A stretch of 64,000 nucleotides of DNA, from contig JACIWT010000012.1 in the NCBI GenBank assembly GCA_014360825.1, positions 72 to 64,071 of the forward strand, read 5' to 3'. The notes under the pieces are model-generated. The model was given only the letters and a program-made list of their open reading frames with translations. It was not told where the DNA came from and did no database searches. Of the stretch, positions 1 to 9,482 are shown piece by piece. Origin of the DNA: Chloroflexota bacterium (GTDB taxonomy: Bacteria > Chloroflexota > Anaerolineae > UBA2200 > JACIWT01). A program made the position numbers and the translations under genes. Each line of letters starts with the position of its first letter. Positions within the stretch are counted from its first letter, which is position 1.

Positions 1-9
1 CACAAAAAA

Positions 10-86
10 GGCAGGCGAGGCAGGAATCGAACCCGCAACCTACGGTTTTGGAGACCGTTGCTCTGCCAATTGAGCTACTCGCCTGC
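10..86 (-). tRNA. tRNA-Trp (anticodon CCA)
   Basis: Reverse complement folds as a cloverleaf: acceptor GCAGGCG/CGCCTGC, anticodon loop CT-CCA-AA, T-arm GGTTCGATTCC. Position downstream of rpmG matches the common rpmG-tRNA-Trp-secE arrangement. Confidence 0.85.
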
Positions 87-94
87 GCAGCCCC

Positions 95-259
95 TTACCG
101 CTGTTCGCGGTGTTCCGTGTGCTTACGGCAACGGGGGCAATACTTTTTCAACGTAAGGCGGCCCGAATCGTTCTTGCGGTTCTTTTCCGTCGTATAATTG
201 CGCTCTTTGCACTCGGTGCAGGCGAGCGTAATCACGATGCGATTTTCTTTTTTCGCCAT
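95..259 (-). CDS. rpmG: 50S ribosomal protein L33
   Basis: 54-aa [57 protein letters not shown] with the L33 zinc-ribbon CxxC...CxxC. Missed by the ORF track because it is under 60 aa. Lies directly downstream of tuf on the same strand. Confidence 0.85.
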   Translation of the reverse strand: MAKKENRIVITLACTECKERNYTTEKNRKNDSGRLTLKKYCPRCRKHTEHREQR

Positions 260-294
260 GGTATCAACACCCCAATTGGGCTATCGTAGTATTA

Positions 295-1497
<1,203 letters not shown>

Positions 1498-1535
1498 CCT
1501 TGTCTCCTCCTATTGAAACGGGCCTAACCTCTTGA

Positions 1536-1611
1536 TGGAGCCCACGATGGGATTTGAACCCATGGCCACGTCCTTACCAAGAACGTGCTCTACCGGCTGA
1601 GCTACGTGGGC
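1536..1611 (-). tRNA. tRNA-Thr (anticodon GGT)
   Basis: 76-nt cloverleaf on the minus strand with encoded CCA end, anticodon loop TT-GGT-AA and T-loop GGTTCAAATCC. 39 nt upstream of tuf, as with thrT-tufB. Confidence 0.85.
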
Positions 1612-1623
1612 AATCACAAAAAA

Positions 1624-1707
1624 GGTGGGCAGGGAAGGATTCGAACCTCCGAAGGCTGAGCCAACTGATTTACAGTCAGTCCCCTTTGGCCACTTGGGTA
1701 CCTGCCC
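1624..1707 (-). tRNA. tRNA-Tyr (anticodon GTA)
   Basis: 84-nt tRNA with a long variable arm, anticodon loop CT-GTA-AA and T-loop GGTTCGAATCC. Confidence 0.8.
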
Positions 1708-1720
1708 TTACAAGCAACGC

Positions 1721-1796
1721 GGAGCCGACGGTGGGACTTGAACCCGCAACCCGCGGTTTACAAAACCGCTGCTCTGCCGCTTTGAGCTACGTCGGC
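1721..1796 (-). tRNA. tRNA-Thr (anticodon TGT)
   Basis: 76-nt cloverleaf with acceptor GCCGACG/CGTCGGC, anticodon loop TT-TGT-AA and T-loop GGTTCAAGTCC. Confidence 0.8.
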
Positions 1797-2068
1797 TTGT
1801 TTTTATTATAACCACAATGGCAAAGCGGTCAAGTCGGCGGGATAGTATAATCTTTTCCCTCGAATTGTCAAATCATCAACGCTGGGAACTGCTAAAGGCT
1901 GATGCAATTTGTGGATTGGCAGCAAATTGACTATCATTGGGTGCGAATGATGGAAAATCGCGGCAAGCACAAATTAGTGGCATTCAAGCATGTGTAAAGA
2001 GAAGTCACATCTCTTGGACCATTGATGGCTAACATGTCCTACACACAACCAAGGAGGTAAAAGGGGGA

Positions 2069-2923
2069 ATGAGCATCAAGAAAGTGGGAGTTGTGGGCTG
2101 CGGACTCATGGGCTCGGGTATCGCTGAAGTTTGTGCTAGGCAAGGCTATAGTGTTGTAGTCCGGGAGGTGAATGAGGAACTCCTGGATAAAGGTCTGAAT
2201 AGCATTCGAAAATCGTTAAGTAAAGCAGTCGAGAGAGGCAAAGTATCTCAGGAAGACGCCAACGCTGCGCAGGCGCGGATCAAAGGGACCACCCATATGG
2301 AGGATTTGGCGGACAGGGATTTGATAATCGAGGCCATCGTCGAGAATATGAGCATGAAGAAAGAGGTTTTCGCCACCCTAGACAGGATTTGCCCGCCTCA
2401 CACCATCTTGGCAAGTAACACCTCATCGCTTTGCATCACGGAGATGGCAGCAGTGACCAAGCGCGGAGATAAAGTCCTTGGCTTGCACTTCTTTAATCCA
2501 GTGCCAGTGATGCCCCTGTTGGAAATCGTACGCACTATTCTGACCAGCGACGAAACCCTGAGCGTTGCTCAGGAGTTTGGAAAATCGCTGGGCAAGACTA
2601 CCATCATAGCCAAGGATACCCCGGGGTTCATCGTGAACCTGCTTCTGGTGCCCTATTTGCTGGATGCTATCCGCGCTTTGGAAAGCGGCATCGCCAGTCG
2701 CGAGGATATTGACAATGCCATGAAACTAGGCTGTGGCCATCCCATGGGCCCCCTAACACTCGCCGATTTCGTGGGTCTGGATACAACCTATTATATCGCC
2801 AACGTAATGTTCGAGGAGTTTAAAGAGCCTCGTTATGCTCCGCCTCCGCTGCTCAAACGTATGGTATTAGCCGGACACTTGGGACGTAAATCGGGCAAGG
2901 GATTCTACGATTACCCCTCATAG
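2069..2923 (+). CDS. hbd: 3-hydroxybutyryl-CoA / 3-hydroxyacyl-CoA dehydrogenase
   Basis: N-terminal Rossmann motif VGVVGCGLMGSGIA and the C-terminal 3HCDH domain. RBS AAGGAGG lies 8 nt upstream. Confidence 0.85.
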   Translation: MSIKKVGVVGCGLMGSGIAEVCARQGYSVVVREVNEELLDKGLNSIRKSLSKAVERGKVSQEDANAAQARIKGTTHMEDLADRDLIIEAIVENMSMKKEVFATLDRICPPHTILASNTSSLCITEMAAVTKRGDKVLGLHFFNPVPVMPLLEIVRTILTSDETLSVAQEFGKSLGKTTIIAKDTPGFIVNLLLVPYLLDAIRALESGIASREDIDNAMKLGCGHPMGPLTLADFVGLDTTYYIANVMFEEFKEPRYAPPPLLKRMVLAGHLGRKSGKGFYDYPS

Positions 2924-3082
2924 ATTAAGGGAGAGTGGCCAGCAAGTGTCACATTCCGACCACTTATAAACGTTAAGGCCGGCGGGATGTGCTGTGCAGA
3001 GTAGGCTAAGGCTTGACCAAGATCAAACCAGCGGCAGGCCAGCACGTCCATTCGGGTTCTCATTAAGAGGGATATCTTACTC

Positions 3083-3577
3083 ATGAAATGGCCATCAGCC
3101 ATCGAGAAAATACGCCGCAACCATGCTCTGGAACATGCCACGATCCACATCTTGAGCCAGCGATGTCCACGTGCTCAACTCATTGGGCACAGTGACGCTG
3201 ACGGATTTGTTATCTACGGTCACGTACCCACGGAGATCGTCGCTGCTACCGCATCCGAAGCGCTGGCACGTTTGCAAGCCGGTGAACGCGATTTAGCCGT
3301 GCACCCACGCTGTGGGACCAATTTGGCAATGGGTGCTCTTCTGACCGGGGCAACCTCATTCCTGGTGATGAAAAGCAGTGCCAAGCGGAAGATGAGTAAC
3401 CTACCCGGTGTGCTGCTGGCAACGACGTTGGCGCTAATGGCGGCACAACCGCTGGGCTTGAAAGTGCAGGAGCTCATTACCACTTCCGCTAACTTGGATA
3501 CGGCACTCATTGCGGACGTGAAGCGCTACATTCTCAGAGGTTTGACAGTTCACCGGGTCTTCGTGCACCACGAGTGA
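3083..3577 (+). CDS. Conserved hypothetical protein (His/Cys-rich, HxxEH motif)
   Basis: 164-aa ORF with no family I can recognise from sequence alone. Contains HALEHATIH and HPRCGTN, which could be metal-binding. Stop overlaps the holA start. Confidence 0.5.
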   Translation: MKWPSAIEKIRRNHALEHATIHILSQRCPRAQLIGHSDADGFVIYGHVPTEIVAATASEALARLQAGERDLAVHPRCGTNLAMGALLTGATSFLVMKSSAKRKMSNLPGVLLATTLALMAAQPLGLKVQELITTSANLDTALIADVKRYILRGLTVHRVFVHHE

Positions 3578-4584
3578 GAGCGATGTTTTATATATTGCAC
3601 GGCGAGGATGAATTCAGCCTCCACGAAGCACTGACCACAATGCGCGCGAAGATGGGTGAGCGCACGCTCGCTGACCTCAACACAACCGTGCTGGATGGCC
3701 GCAAACTTACCTTGACTGAACTGATGAACGCCTGTAATGCCATTCCTTTCGTGGCCAAACGGCGGCTGGTCATTGTGGAGAATTTCGCCTCGCGCCTCGA
3801 AGGGCCTCCACGAGGGCAGGGCAAAGCCAGGGGCGTGAAAGCAAACGATGAACTGCTTCAAGCGCTGAGGGAATATCTCCCCAAAATGCCGGAAACCACG
3901 CGACTGGTCTTCGTAGAGAACCATACTCTAAGCCCCCAGAACCCACTGTTGGAACTGGCCCAGCAAGAAAAAGGCGGGTATGTCAAAACATTTGAGCCAC
4001 CCAAGGGCGATGCGCTCACAAAGTGGATTGTGGAGCGAGTGAGAACAAAGGGCGGGGAGATCGAGGTTGTAGCAGCGACAGAACTAGCAAATTTCGTGGG
4101 TAATGACCTGAGGAAACTGGATCAAGAGTGTGAAAAACTCGTCCTTTATACCGCTGGAGAACGCACCATCACCACGGAAGATGTGTGCCAATTAGTGAGC
4201 CACGTGCAGGCCGCGAGTATCTTTACCCTGGTGGATGCCCTTGGGCATCGCGAGCGCGAACGTGCAATGCAGTTGTTACATGAGCAATTAGACCGGGATG
4301 CCACGCCCCTTTATCTGTTCTCTATGATCGTGCGCCAATTCCGCATCCTCTTACAGGTGAAAGAACTACTGGGTCATGGGCTGTCGCCAGCAGAGATTCG
4401 AGCGAAACTGGGTATTAGCAGCCAGTTTGTGGTAGACAAAGCGGTGGCGCAATCACGACAGTTTTCGATGGAGCGCTTGGAATGCATTTACCAACGCCTG
4501 GTGAACACCGACGCAGACATCAAGACGGGCTGTATGCCGGAGATACTGGCTTTGGATTTGCTTGTGGTAGACCTGTGCCGTTAG
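3574..4584 (+). CDS. holA: DNA polymerase III delta subunit
   Basis: N-terminus YILHGEDEF matches the HolA signature. 336 aa, typical length. Confidence 0.8.
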   Translation: MRAMFYILHGEDEFSLHEALTTMRAKMGERTLADLNTTVLDGRKLTLTELMNACNAIPFVAKRRLVIVENFASRLEGPPRGQGKARGVKANDELLQALREYLPKMPETTRLVFVENHTLSPQNPLLELAQQEKGGYVKTFEPPKGDALTKWIVERVRTKGGEIEVVAATELANFVGNDLRKLDQECEKLVLYTAGERTITTEDVCQLVSHVQAASIFTLVDALGHRERERAMQLLHEQLDRDATPLYLFSMIVRQFRILLQVKELLGHGLSPAEIRAKLGISSQFVVDKAVAQSRQFSMERLECIYQRLVNTDADIKTGCMPEILALDLLVVDLCR

Positions 4585-4642
4585 GGCAACAAATGGATCA
4601 GGCACCACCTCGAGCCTGATCCATTTGTGCGTAGTGAGCGAC

Positions 4643-4936
4643 TTATCTTCTGCGTTGTACTCCGAGCCAGAAATGATGGGGTGGAATATGTGGAACAGCG
4701 AGCACCCTTACCCCATTTTGCTCCAGCGTGTTCCCATTAAGTGTCATCGGGTTCACATAGCAGATGTTCGGCCGTCGACCGAATTTCTGCTCATAGCGCT
4801 GCGCTGCCGCTGTGATCTTAGTCCCCAAGTCGCGGCGCGGATCGTCGTCGAACCAGAGCAACCCTGCCTCCATCGGTGGCGCTCGCTTGCCCAATTCCAA
4901 GGTACCGGATCGATCCGTCAAAGAGGTCAAAGTCAA
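4643..4936 (-). CDS. Hypothetical small protein (WFDDD motif), last gene of the SOS-boxed operon
   Basis: 97-aa ORF. Its start overlaps the stop of the upstream ORF by 4 nt (ATGA), implying translational coupling. Shares a W-F-x-D-D motif with the ORF at 5274-5579. Confidence 0.45.
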   Translation of the reverse strand: MTLTSLTDRSGTLELGKRAPPMEAGLLWFDDDPRRDLGTKITAAAQRYEQKFGRRPNICYVNPMTLNGNTLEQNGVRVLAVPHIPPHHFWLGVQRRR

Positions 4937-5277
4937 TCCTCCCCGATTACCCGGAAATCCCGTGGGGCGCCATGCTCGACCATTGGCGGTATATAGGACG
5001 ACGGGAACATCTCACGCGGCGCCGGTGTTCCCCCTTGGATTACGATCACCGGCGGATATTCTCGCTGCCTGAGGTGGTCTTCCGCGCTCTCTTCCCGGGC
5101 TCGCATCCGGTGCGTCACAACCAGGACTAATACGCTCATCGGGATGGCGGCGATCACTCCACAGGCTACCCCTACTACCACCGCCATAGCCTCCGCGCTC
5201 ATGCGATTCCCTACCACAATGGCCAACGCCACTGCAAATACGACGCCTATCACTGCCACTGTTGCTCTACCGCTCAT
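4933..5277 (-). CDS. Hypothetical small membrane protein (two predicted TM helices)
   Basis: 114-aa ORF with two hydrophobic helices (VAVIGVVFAVALAIVVG and AVVVGVACGVIAAIPMSVLVLVV). ATGA overlaps at both ends. The plus-strand antisense ORF is low-complexity, which favours this strand. Confidence 0.5.
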   Translation of the reverse strand: MSGRATVAVIGVVFAVALAIVVGNRMSAEAMAVVVGVACGVIAAIPMSVLVLVVTHRMRAREESAEDHLRQREYPPVIVIQGGTPAPREMFPSSYIPPMVEHGAPRDFRVIGED

Positions 5278-5579
5278 GGTATCTGTTTCCTCCTGCTCTC
5301 ACACCAAGGACGTGGATCTACACCTTGGCTATCCAGAAGTTTCCCATCTACTCCCAGGGCTACGGCCACGCTCCATAACGCGGCCGCGAAACCCTCCTGA
5401 TAACCCTGTATGAACTCGTCCTCCCGCCTCATAGTCGAAACGCTCGTCCGGCATAACGCTGCCACCGAGCGAAGGATATTTGCGATATCGTCTCGGAACC
5501 AGATGTCTGTGCTCACGGTTTCACCTGCCTTCCGCCGGACGTCAGGCGGTCTCTCACTAATGTCTTCATGGGTAACCAT
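5274..5579 (-). CDS. Hypothetical small protein (WFRDD motif)
   Basis: 101-aa ORF. The annotated start overlaps the FtsK-like stop by about 67 nt, so the true start may be downstream. Weakly similar to the 4643-4936 ORF. Confidence 0.35.
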   Translation of the reverse strand: MVTHEDISERPPDVRRKAGETVSTDIWFRDDIANILRSVAALCRTSVSTMRREDEFIQGYQEGFAAALWSVAVALGVDGKLLDSQGVDPRPWCESRRKQIP

Positions 5580-6610
5580 GGCTTCACATCGCCAGCCACA
5601 GCCTTCCCCATGTTCAAATTGGTCAGTACTTGAGCGATCTCACCCTCCGAAATGAAAGCAGCCTGCAGCCTCGTTACCTGGCCCTTGGCTACTATCAGGA
5701 AATCGCCACGACCCAATAGCCGCTCCGCACCTGTTCCAGCCAGACCCGAGGCGACCTTTGCATCCTCGGGACTCGTGACGCTGCCTACAATACGCACAGG
5801 GAAATTCGATTTGACTAGGGATCCGATCACTGCCACGGTCGGCTTCTGGGTGCAGGCAACAAGATGCAAGCCCGCTTCCCGCCCCCGTTGGGTGAGCCGT
5901 GTGAGTGCTTCTTCCACTTCAGCCCCGCCCACTAAGATGAGGTCGGCGAGTTCATCGATGAAAATGACGACCCGAGGGGAATCAATTCCCATTCGATCGC
6001 GGCGTTCCATCTCGGCCACCAGGCCACGCAAGCGCTCCGGAGCAGCCCAAGGGTCGCGCACCACAGGGAATAACAGGTGGGGCAGATTATCCAAGGGTGC
6101 AAAGCCACGACCTTTGGGATCAAACAGGGCCAACTGCAGTTCTCGTTGGCGGCTGTGAAGGGCCAAGGAAATGATCATAGCCCGAGCGAGAGCGGTTTTG
6201 CCAGAGCCAGTGGTGCCGGCCAGAAGGACGTGTGCCACATCAGGGCTGGTCAGGTTGAGGAGAATGGGCACCCCAGTTTCGTCAAGCCCAAGCACTGGCG
6301 TGCAGGGTGGAACAAAGGCGAGTTGGTCGAGCAACGGAAGCAGGCGAACCGCAGCGGCTTCAACGCGGGGAATCTCCACGTTAAGGGTACCCCCATTGCG
6401 TATGATCCGGCAGGAAGGCACACCGAGGGAAAGAGCGATTTCCTCGGAGAGAGCCTGGATTCGTGCCAGACGAGTGCCTAAGGCAGGGGAAAGATGGTAG
6501 CGAACGAAGCGCGGTGTGACGACCCCTCCCCATACCTGGGTGGGGAGATGGTGGGAGGCCAGGACCATCTCAATCCGGTCGGCTTGGAATTCGAGATCTT
6601 GACGGCGCAT
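5513..6610 (-). CDS. FtsK/SpoIIIE-family DNA-translocase ATPase, truncated (beta/alpha motor only)
   Basis: Walker A LLAGTTGSGKT, Walker B VIFIDELADL, and an N-terminal stretch matching the FtsK beta domain (VTPRFVRYHLSPALGTRL...LNVEIPR). Only 365 aa: no N-terminal TM domain and no C-terminal gamma (KOPS-binding) domain. Confidence 0.8.
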   Translation of the reverse strand: MRRQDLEFQADRIEMVLASHHLPTQVWGGVVTPRFVRYHLSPALGTRLARIQALSEEIALSLGVPSCRIIRNGGTLNVEIPRVEAAAVRLLPLLDQLAFVPPCTPVLGLDETGVPILLNLTSPDVAHVLLAGTTGSGKTALARAMIISLALHSRQRELQLALFDPKGRGFAPLDNLPHLLFPVVRDPWAAPERLRGLVAEMERRDRMGIDSPRVVIFIDELADLILVGGAEVEEALTRLTQRGREAGLHLVACTQKPTVAVIGSLVKSNFPVRIVGSVTSPEDAKVASGLAGTGAERLLGRGDFLIVAKGQVTRLQAAFISEGEIAQVLTNLNMGKAVAGDVKPWLPMKTLVRDRLTSGGRQVKP

Positions 6611-6659
6611 AGTGCTCCTCCTAATTGCAAACGAATTGCGTGTCTCTGGTGGCTGGATA

Positions 6660-6712
6660 GAACAAATGTTCTATTACGGCCCCATTATAGCAGAACATTT
6701 GTTCTTTGTCAA
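6660..6712 (-). promoter_or_regulatory. Consensus sigma-70 promoter (TTGACA-17-TATAAT) with two LexA/Cheo boxes
   Basis: On the minus strand: TTGACA (plus 6707-6712), a 17-nt spacer containing GAACAAATGTTC (plus 6693-6704), TATAAT (plus 6684-6689), then a second box GAACATTTGTTC (plus 6660-6671) at the expected start site. Both boxes fit GAACN4GTTC. The FtsK-like ATG is at 6610. Confidence 0.7.
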
Positions 6713-6768
6713 GTGGAGCATGTTGAGTGCATTGAAGCGTTTGTAGACGTTGCATAGCTTGTGGTACA

Positions 6769-8076
6769 ATGGCGGTAAGTGCTTGGGCAGTGCACGACCA
6801 TATTTTAGGTTGTCGATTCTGGGTAGGCTGTTTTCAGGGGTCTGCATTGGAAATCTATTCTGTCAGTTACATTACGCGTTACATCCGCGAACTCTTTGAG
6901 GTGGATTTCACTCTCCAGGATATCTGGATAAGAGGTGAGGTTTCCAACCTGACACAGGCGCCCTCTGGACACGTCTATTTCACTCTGAAAGATGAGGCCG
7001 CGCAAATTCGCTGCGTTCTCTGGCGATCACAAGCGGCGCGCCTCACCCAGTTGCCTCGCGATGGCGATGGTGTTGTGGCCCACGGGCGCGTCAGCGTTTA
7101 CGAAGCCCAGGGAGTTTACCAATTCTACGTAGATATGGTGCAACCAGTCGGAGTGGGGTTGCTGTATCTCCAATTCGAGGCTCTTCGAAAAAAGTTAGAA
7201 TCCGAAGGACTGTTTGCACCGGAGCGAAAGCGCCCGCTACCACCCTATCCACAGCGCATTGGTGTGATAACATCACCCATCGGTGCGGCCATCCGTGATA
7301 TCCTGCATGTGCTGAGACGGCGCTACCCCATTGCTGAAGTCATCTTGGCCCCAACTTTAGTGCAAGGTGACGAAGCCCCACCACAGATTGTGGCAGCGCT
7401 CCGCGCTTTGAACGACTACCCCGACATAGAAGTGATCATTTTGGCCCGGGGAGGCGGATCCATAGAGGAATTGTGGGCATTTAATGATGAACGGGTGGCG
7501 CGAGCCATCGCCGCGTCACAGATCCCGGTGGTCACAGGAATCGGACACGAGACGGATTTCACCATCGCCGACTTCGTGGCAGACTTGCGTGCGCCAACTC
7601 CCACCGCCGCAGCAGAGATGGTTGCGCCCGAGCGCACATTAATGCTAGAGACCATCACGCGGTATGGTCAGCGCTTGGAACATCTGATGGAACAGCGAGT
7701 GCGAGAAGGCGAATTGCGCTTGGGCACACTGCGAGCGAGACTAGGGCGTGCCTCGCCCCAGGCGATACTGGAGGGATATGCGCAGCGCCTGGACGACATA
7801 ACACGGACGATGATGTCCATGATGGAACACGGCCTGAGCCTGCGCCAAGAGCGGTTGGCTGGCCGAGCGGCGCAACTCCAGAGCTTGGACCCGCAACATA
7901 TCTTGGAGCGCGGCTATGCAGTTGTATCGCGGACCGACTCGGGAGAGGTTGTACGCCGACGCGGTCAGGTTGCATCTGGGGATGGTATCCAGGTGCGAGT
8001 AAGCGATGGACACTTCAGAGCCACCGTGGACAGCAAAGAGAGTGAGCGAGGTCAAAAACAAGATGGGGAACTATAA
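6769..8076 (+). CDS. xseA: Exodeoxyribonuclease VII large subunit
   Basis: OB-fold N-terminus (VSYITRYIRELFE...IWIRGEVSN) and the ExoVII catalytic region. The annotated ATG overlaps a TACAAT -10-like hexamer, so the real start may be TTG at 6847, which has a GGGG RBS. Confidence 0.8.
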   Translation: MAVSAWAVHDHILGCRFWVGCFQGSALEIYSVSYITRYIRELFEVDFTLQDIWIRGEVSNLTQAPSGHVYFTLKDEAAQIRCVLWRSQAARLTQLPRDGDGVVAHGRVSVYEAQGVYQFYVDMVQPVGVGLLYLQFEALRKKLESEGLFAPERKRPLPPYPQRIGVITSPIGAAIRDILHVLRRRYPIAEVILAPTLVQGDEAPPQIVAALRALNDYPDIEVIILARGGGSIEELWAFNDERVARAIAASQIPVVTGIGHETDFTIADFVADLRAPTPTAAAEMVAPERTLMLETITRYGQRLEHLMEQRVREGELRLGTLRARLGRASPQAILEGYAQRLDDITRTMMSMMEHGLSLRQERLAGRAAQLQSLDPQHILERGYAVVSRTDSGEVVRRRGQVASGDGIQVRVSDGHFRATVDSKESERGQKQDGEL

Positions 8077-8317
8077 TTTTGAAGAAGCGATGAGACGGTT
8101 AGAGGAAATCGTAGACAGGCTCGAGAGCGGTGAATTGTCGTTGGAGGAATCTCTGGCGCTCTTCGAAGAGGGCATGAAACTGACTCAACACTGCTCCAGC
8201 CAGCTGGAGCAAGCCCGGCTCCAGGTGCGCCAATTGGTGATTGGATCTGGCGGCATCATGGGTGAGGAACCATTTGAGGCAGGAGACTCAGGGGAGGAGA
8301 ACAACGTCACCCTCTGA
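8063..8317 (+). CDS. xseB: Exodeoxyribonuclease VII small subunit
   Basis: MGNYNFEEAMRRLEEIVDRLESGELSLEESLALFEEG is the XseB signature. Start chosen at the internal ATG with a GAGGT RBS. Overlaps the xseA end. Confidence 0.8.
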   Translation: MGNYNFEEAMRRLEEIVDRLESGELSLEESLALFEEGMKLTQHCSSQLEQARLQVRQLVIGSGGIMGEEPFEAGDSGEENNVTL

Positions 8318-9463
8318 AAGGCCACTCAGGATTTCCACGCTCACCTGGTTCGACAGCCCGGTTATTACCTCAACCTCCTCACGCCGATCGCCGCGCAACA
8401 CCGTCACAACTTTGCGTCGTCCTACACTCTGAATAGCGCGGCTCGGGAGAAGCAAGACGTTCTCTTTTGCTAATGTGGTGATAATCAAATCAGCATTCAT
8501 GCCCACCCGCAATGGGAGCGATGCCTCTTCGAGACGCACGAGGGCCTCATAGACCGTGCTCCCGCGCTGGGTCGTGGCAGCAGGAGCGAGGCTAACCACC
8601 TCGCCAGACAGTTCCTCTTCCGGGAACGCATCGAAGCGAACGCTCACCTTCTGCCCGGGGGCGACCAATGCCACGTCGAGTTCATCCACATAGGCAACAA
8701 TCTGCAATTCTGATAGATCGGCCAAACGGATCACAGGGTTGAAACCGTACACCATCTCATCAGGCCGGATGCCAATGCTAAGGACGGTGCCTGCAAACGG
8801 TGCGCGAAGTTCAGCCTCCGCCAGCGCAGAACGAGCCCGTTCTAAGGCCAACTGTGCCAATTCCACCTCCTTGTTCAGAGCATCACGCTGCGCGGCACTG
8901 GGCCCTTGGACTACCTTCTCAAAGTTCGCTTTCGCAATTTGGTAATCCTGCTTGGCTACTTCCAGCTGGATAGCCTCGGCACTCGTCGCTGCGTCTGGCT
9001 GATCCGCTATCTCATCGTAGGCTGCTTGAGCTGCGTTCAGCGAGATAATCGCTTTGCGCAAAGCCGCCCGGGCAGCCTCGATTTCAGCAGCAGTTGGCCC
9101 TAAGAGAAGAGCATCACGCTGGCTCTTGCGGATAGTGAGGTTCAACTCGGCCTCTTGCACCTGGCGCGCGAGGTCATCGGCTACCAGCGAGGCCAGCAAC
9201 TGCCCATTCTCCACCGCCTCGCCAGCCCGTACTTTGACCTCTTTGACCTGGCCCCCTACTTTGAATGCCAAGTTAGCCTCACGGATTGGCTGCACCTGTC
9301 CTACCACTTGCACGGTGGCAGTGATAGGGCCACGATGCACTGTCACTGTTTCTAATCTTGGCCGGGTGCAAGTCCGTATCGCAACTAGCACGGCAATTAG
9401 AATTGTGACGATCACCAAAGCGAGGAGGAGAAAACCCCGCGGTATGGAGACCTTGTCGCTCAT
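8288..9463 (-). CDS. HlyD-family periplasmic adaptor (membrane fusion protein), orphan
   Basis: N-terminal TM anchor, coiled-coil and beta-barrel regions typical of efflux adaptors. Start set at the ATG MSDKVSI (track start 9490 is a TTG). No cognate ABC or RND pump gene is adjacent. Confidence 0.7.
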   Translation of the reverse strand: MSDKVSIPRGFLLLALVIVTILIAVLVAIRTCTRPRLETVTVHRGPITATVQVVGQVQPIREANLAFKVGGQVKEVKVRAGEAVENGQLLASLVADDLARQVQEAELNLTIRKSQRDALLLGPTAAEIEAARAALRKAIISLNAAQAAYDEIADQPDAATSAEAIQLEVAKQDYQIAKANFEKVVQGPSAAQRDALNKEVELAQLALERARSALAEAELRAPFAGTVLSIGIRPDEMVYGFNPVIRLADLSELQIVAYVDELDVALVAPGQKVSVRFDAFPEEELSGEVVSLAPAATTQRGSTVYEALVRLEEASLPLRVGMNADLIITTLAKENVLLLPSRAIQSVGRRKVVTVLRGDRREEVEVITGLSNQVSVEILSGLSEGDVVLLP

Positions 9464-9482
9464 ATGCGTTTCTCTCGGTCTG

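Noticed and set aside
1554-1811. 85-aa plus-strand ORF
   Set aside because: It spans three minus-strand tRNA genes. Not protein-coding.
2911-3510. Minus-strand ORFs 2911-3150, 3095-3277, 3220-3510 and 3246-3446
   Set aside because: They overlap or run antisense to hbd and the 3083-3577 ORF. No RBS and low-complexity translations.
4625-5655. Plus-strand ORFs 4625-4996, 4812-5072, 4876-5130, 5144-5413 and 5410-5655
   Set aside because: They are antisense to the chained minus-strand small ORFs. The 5144-5413 translation is a Thr/Ala low-complexity mirror of a TM segment.
5652-6500. Plus-strand ORFs inside the FtsK-like gene
   Set aside because: Antisense to a gene with clear Walker motifs.
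8288-9463. HlyD as part of a type I secretion system
   Set aside because: No ABC transporter or TolC-like gene is adjacent. Annotated only as an orphan adaptor.
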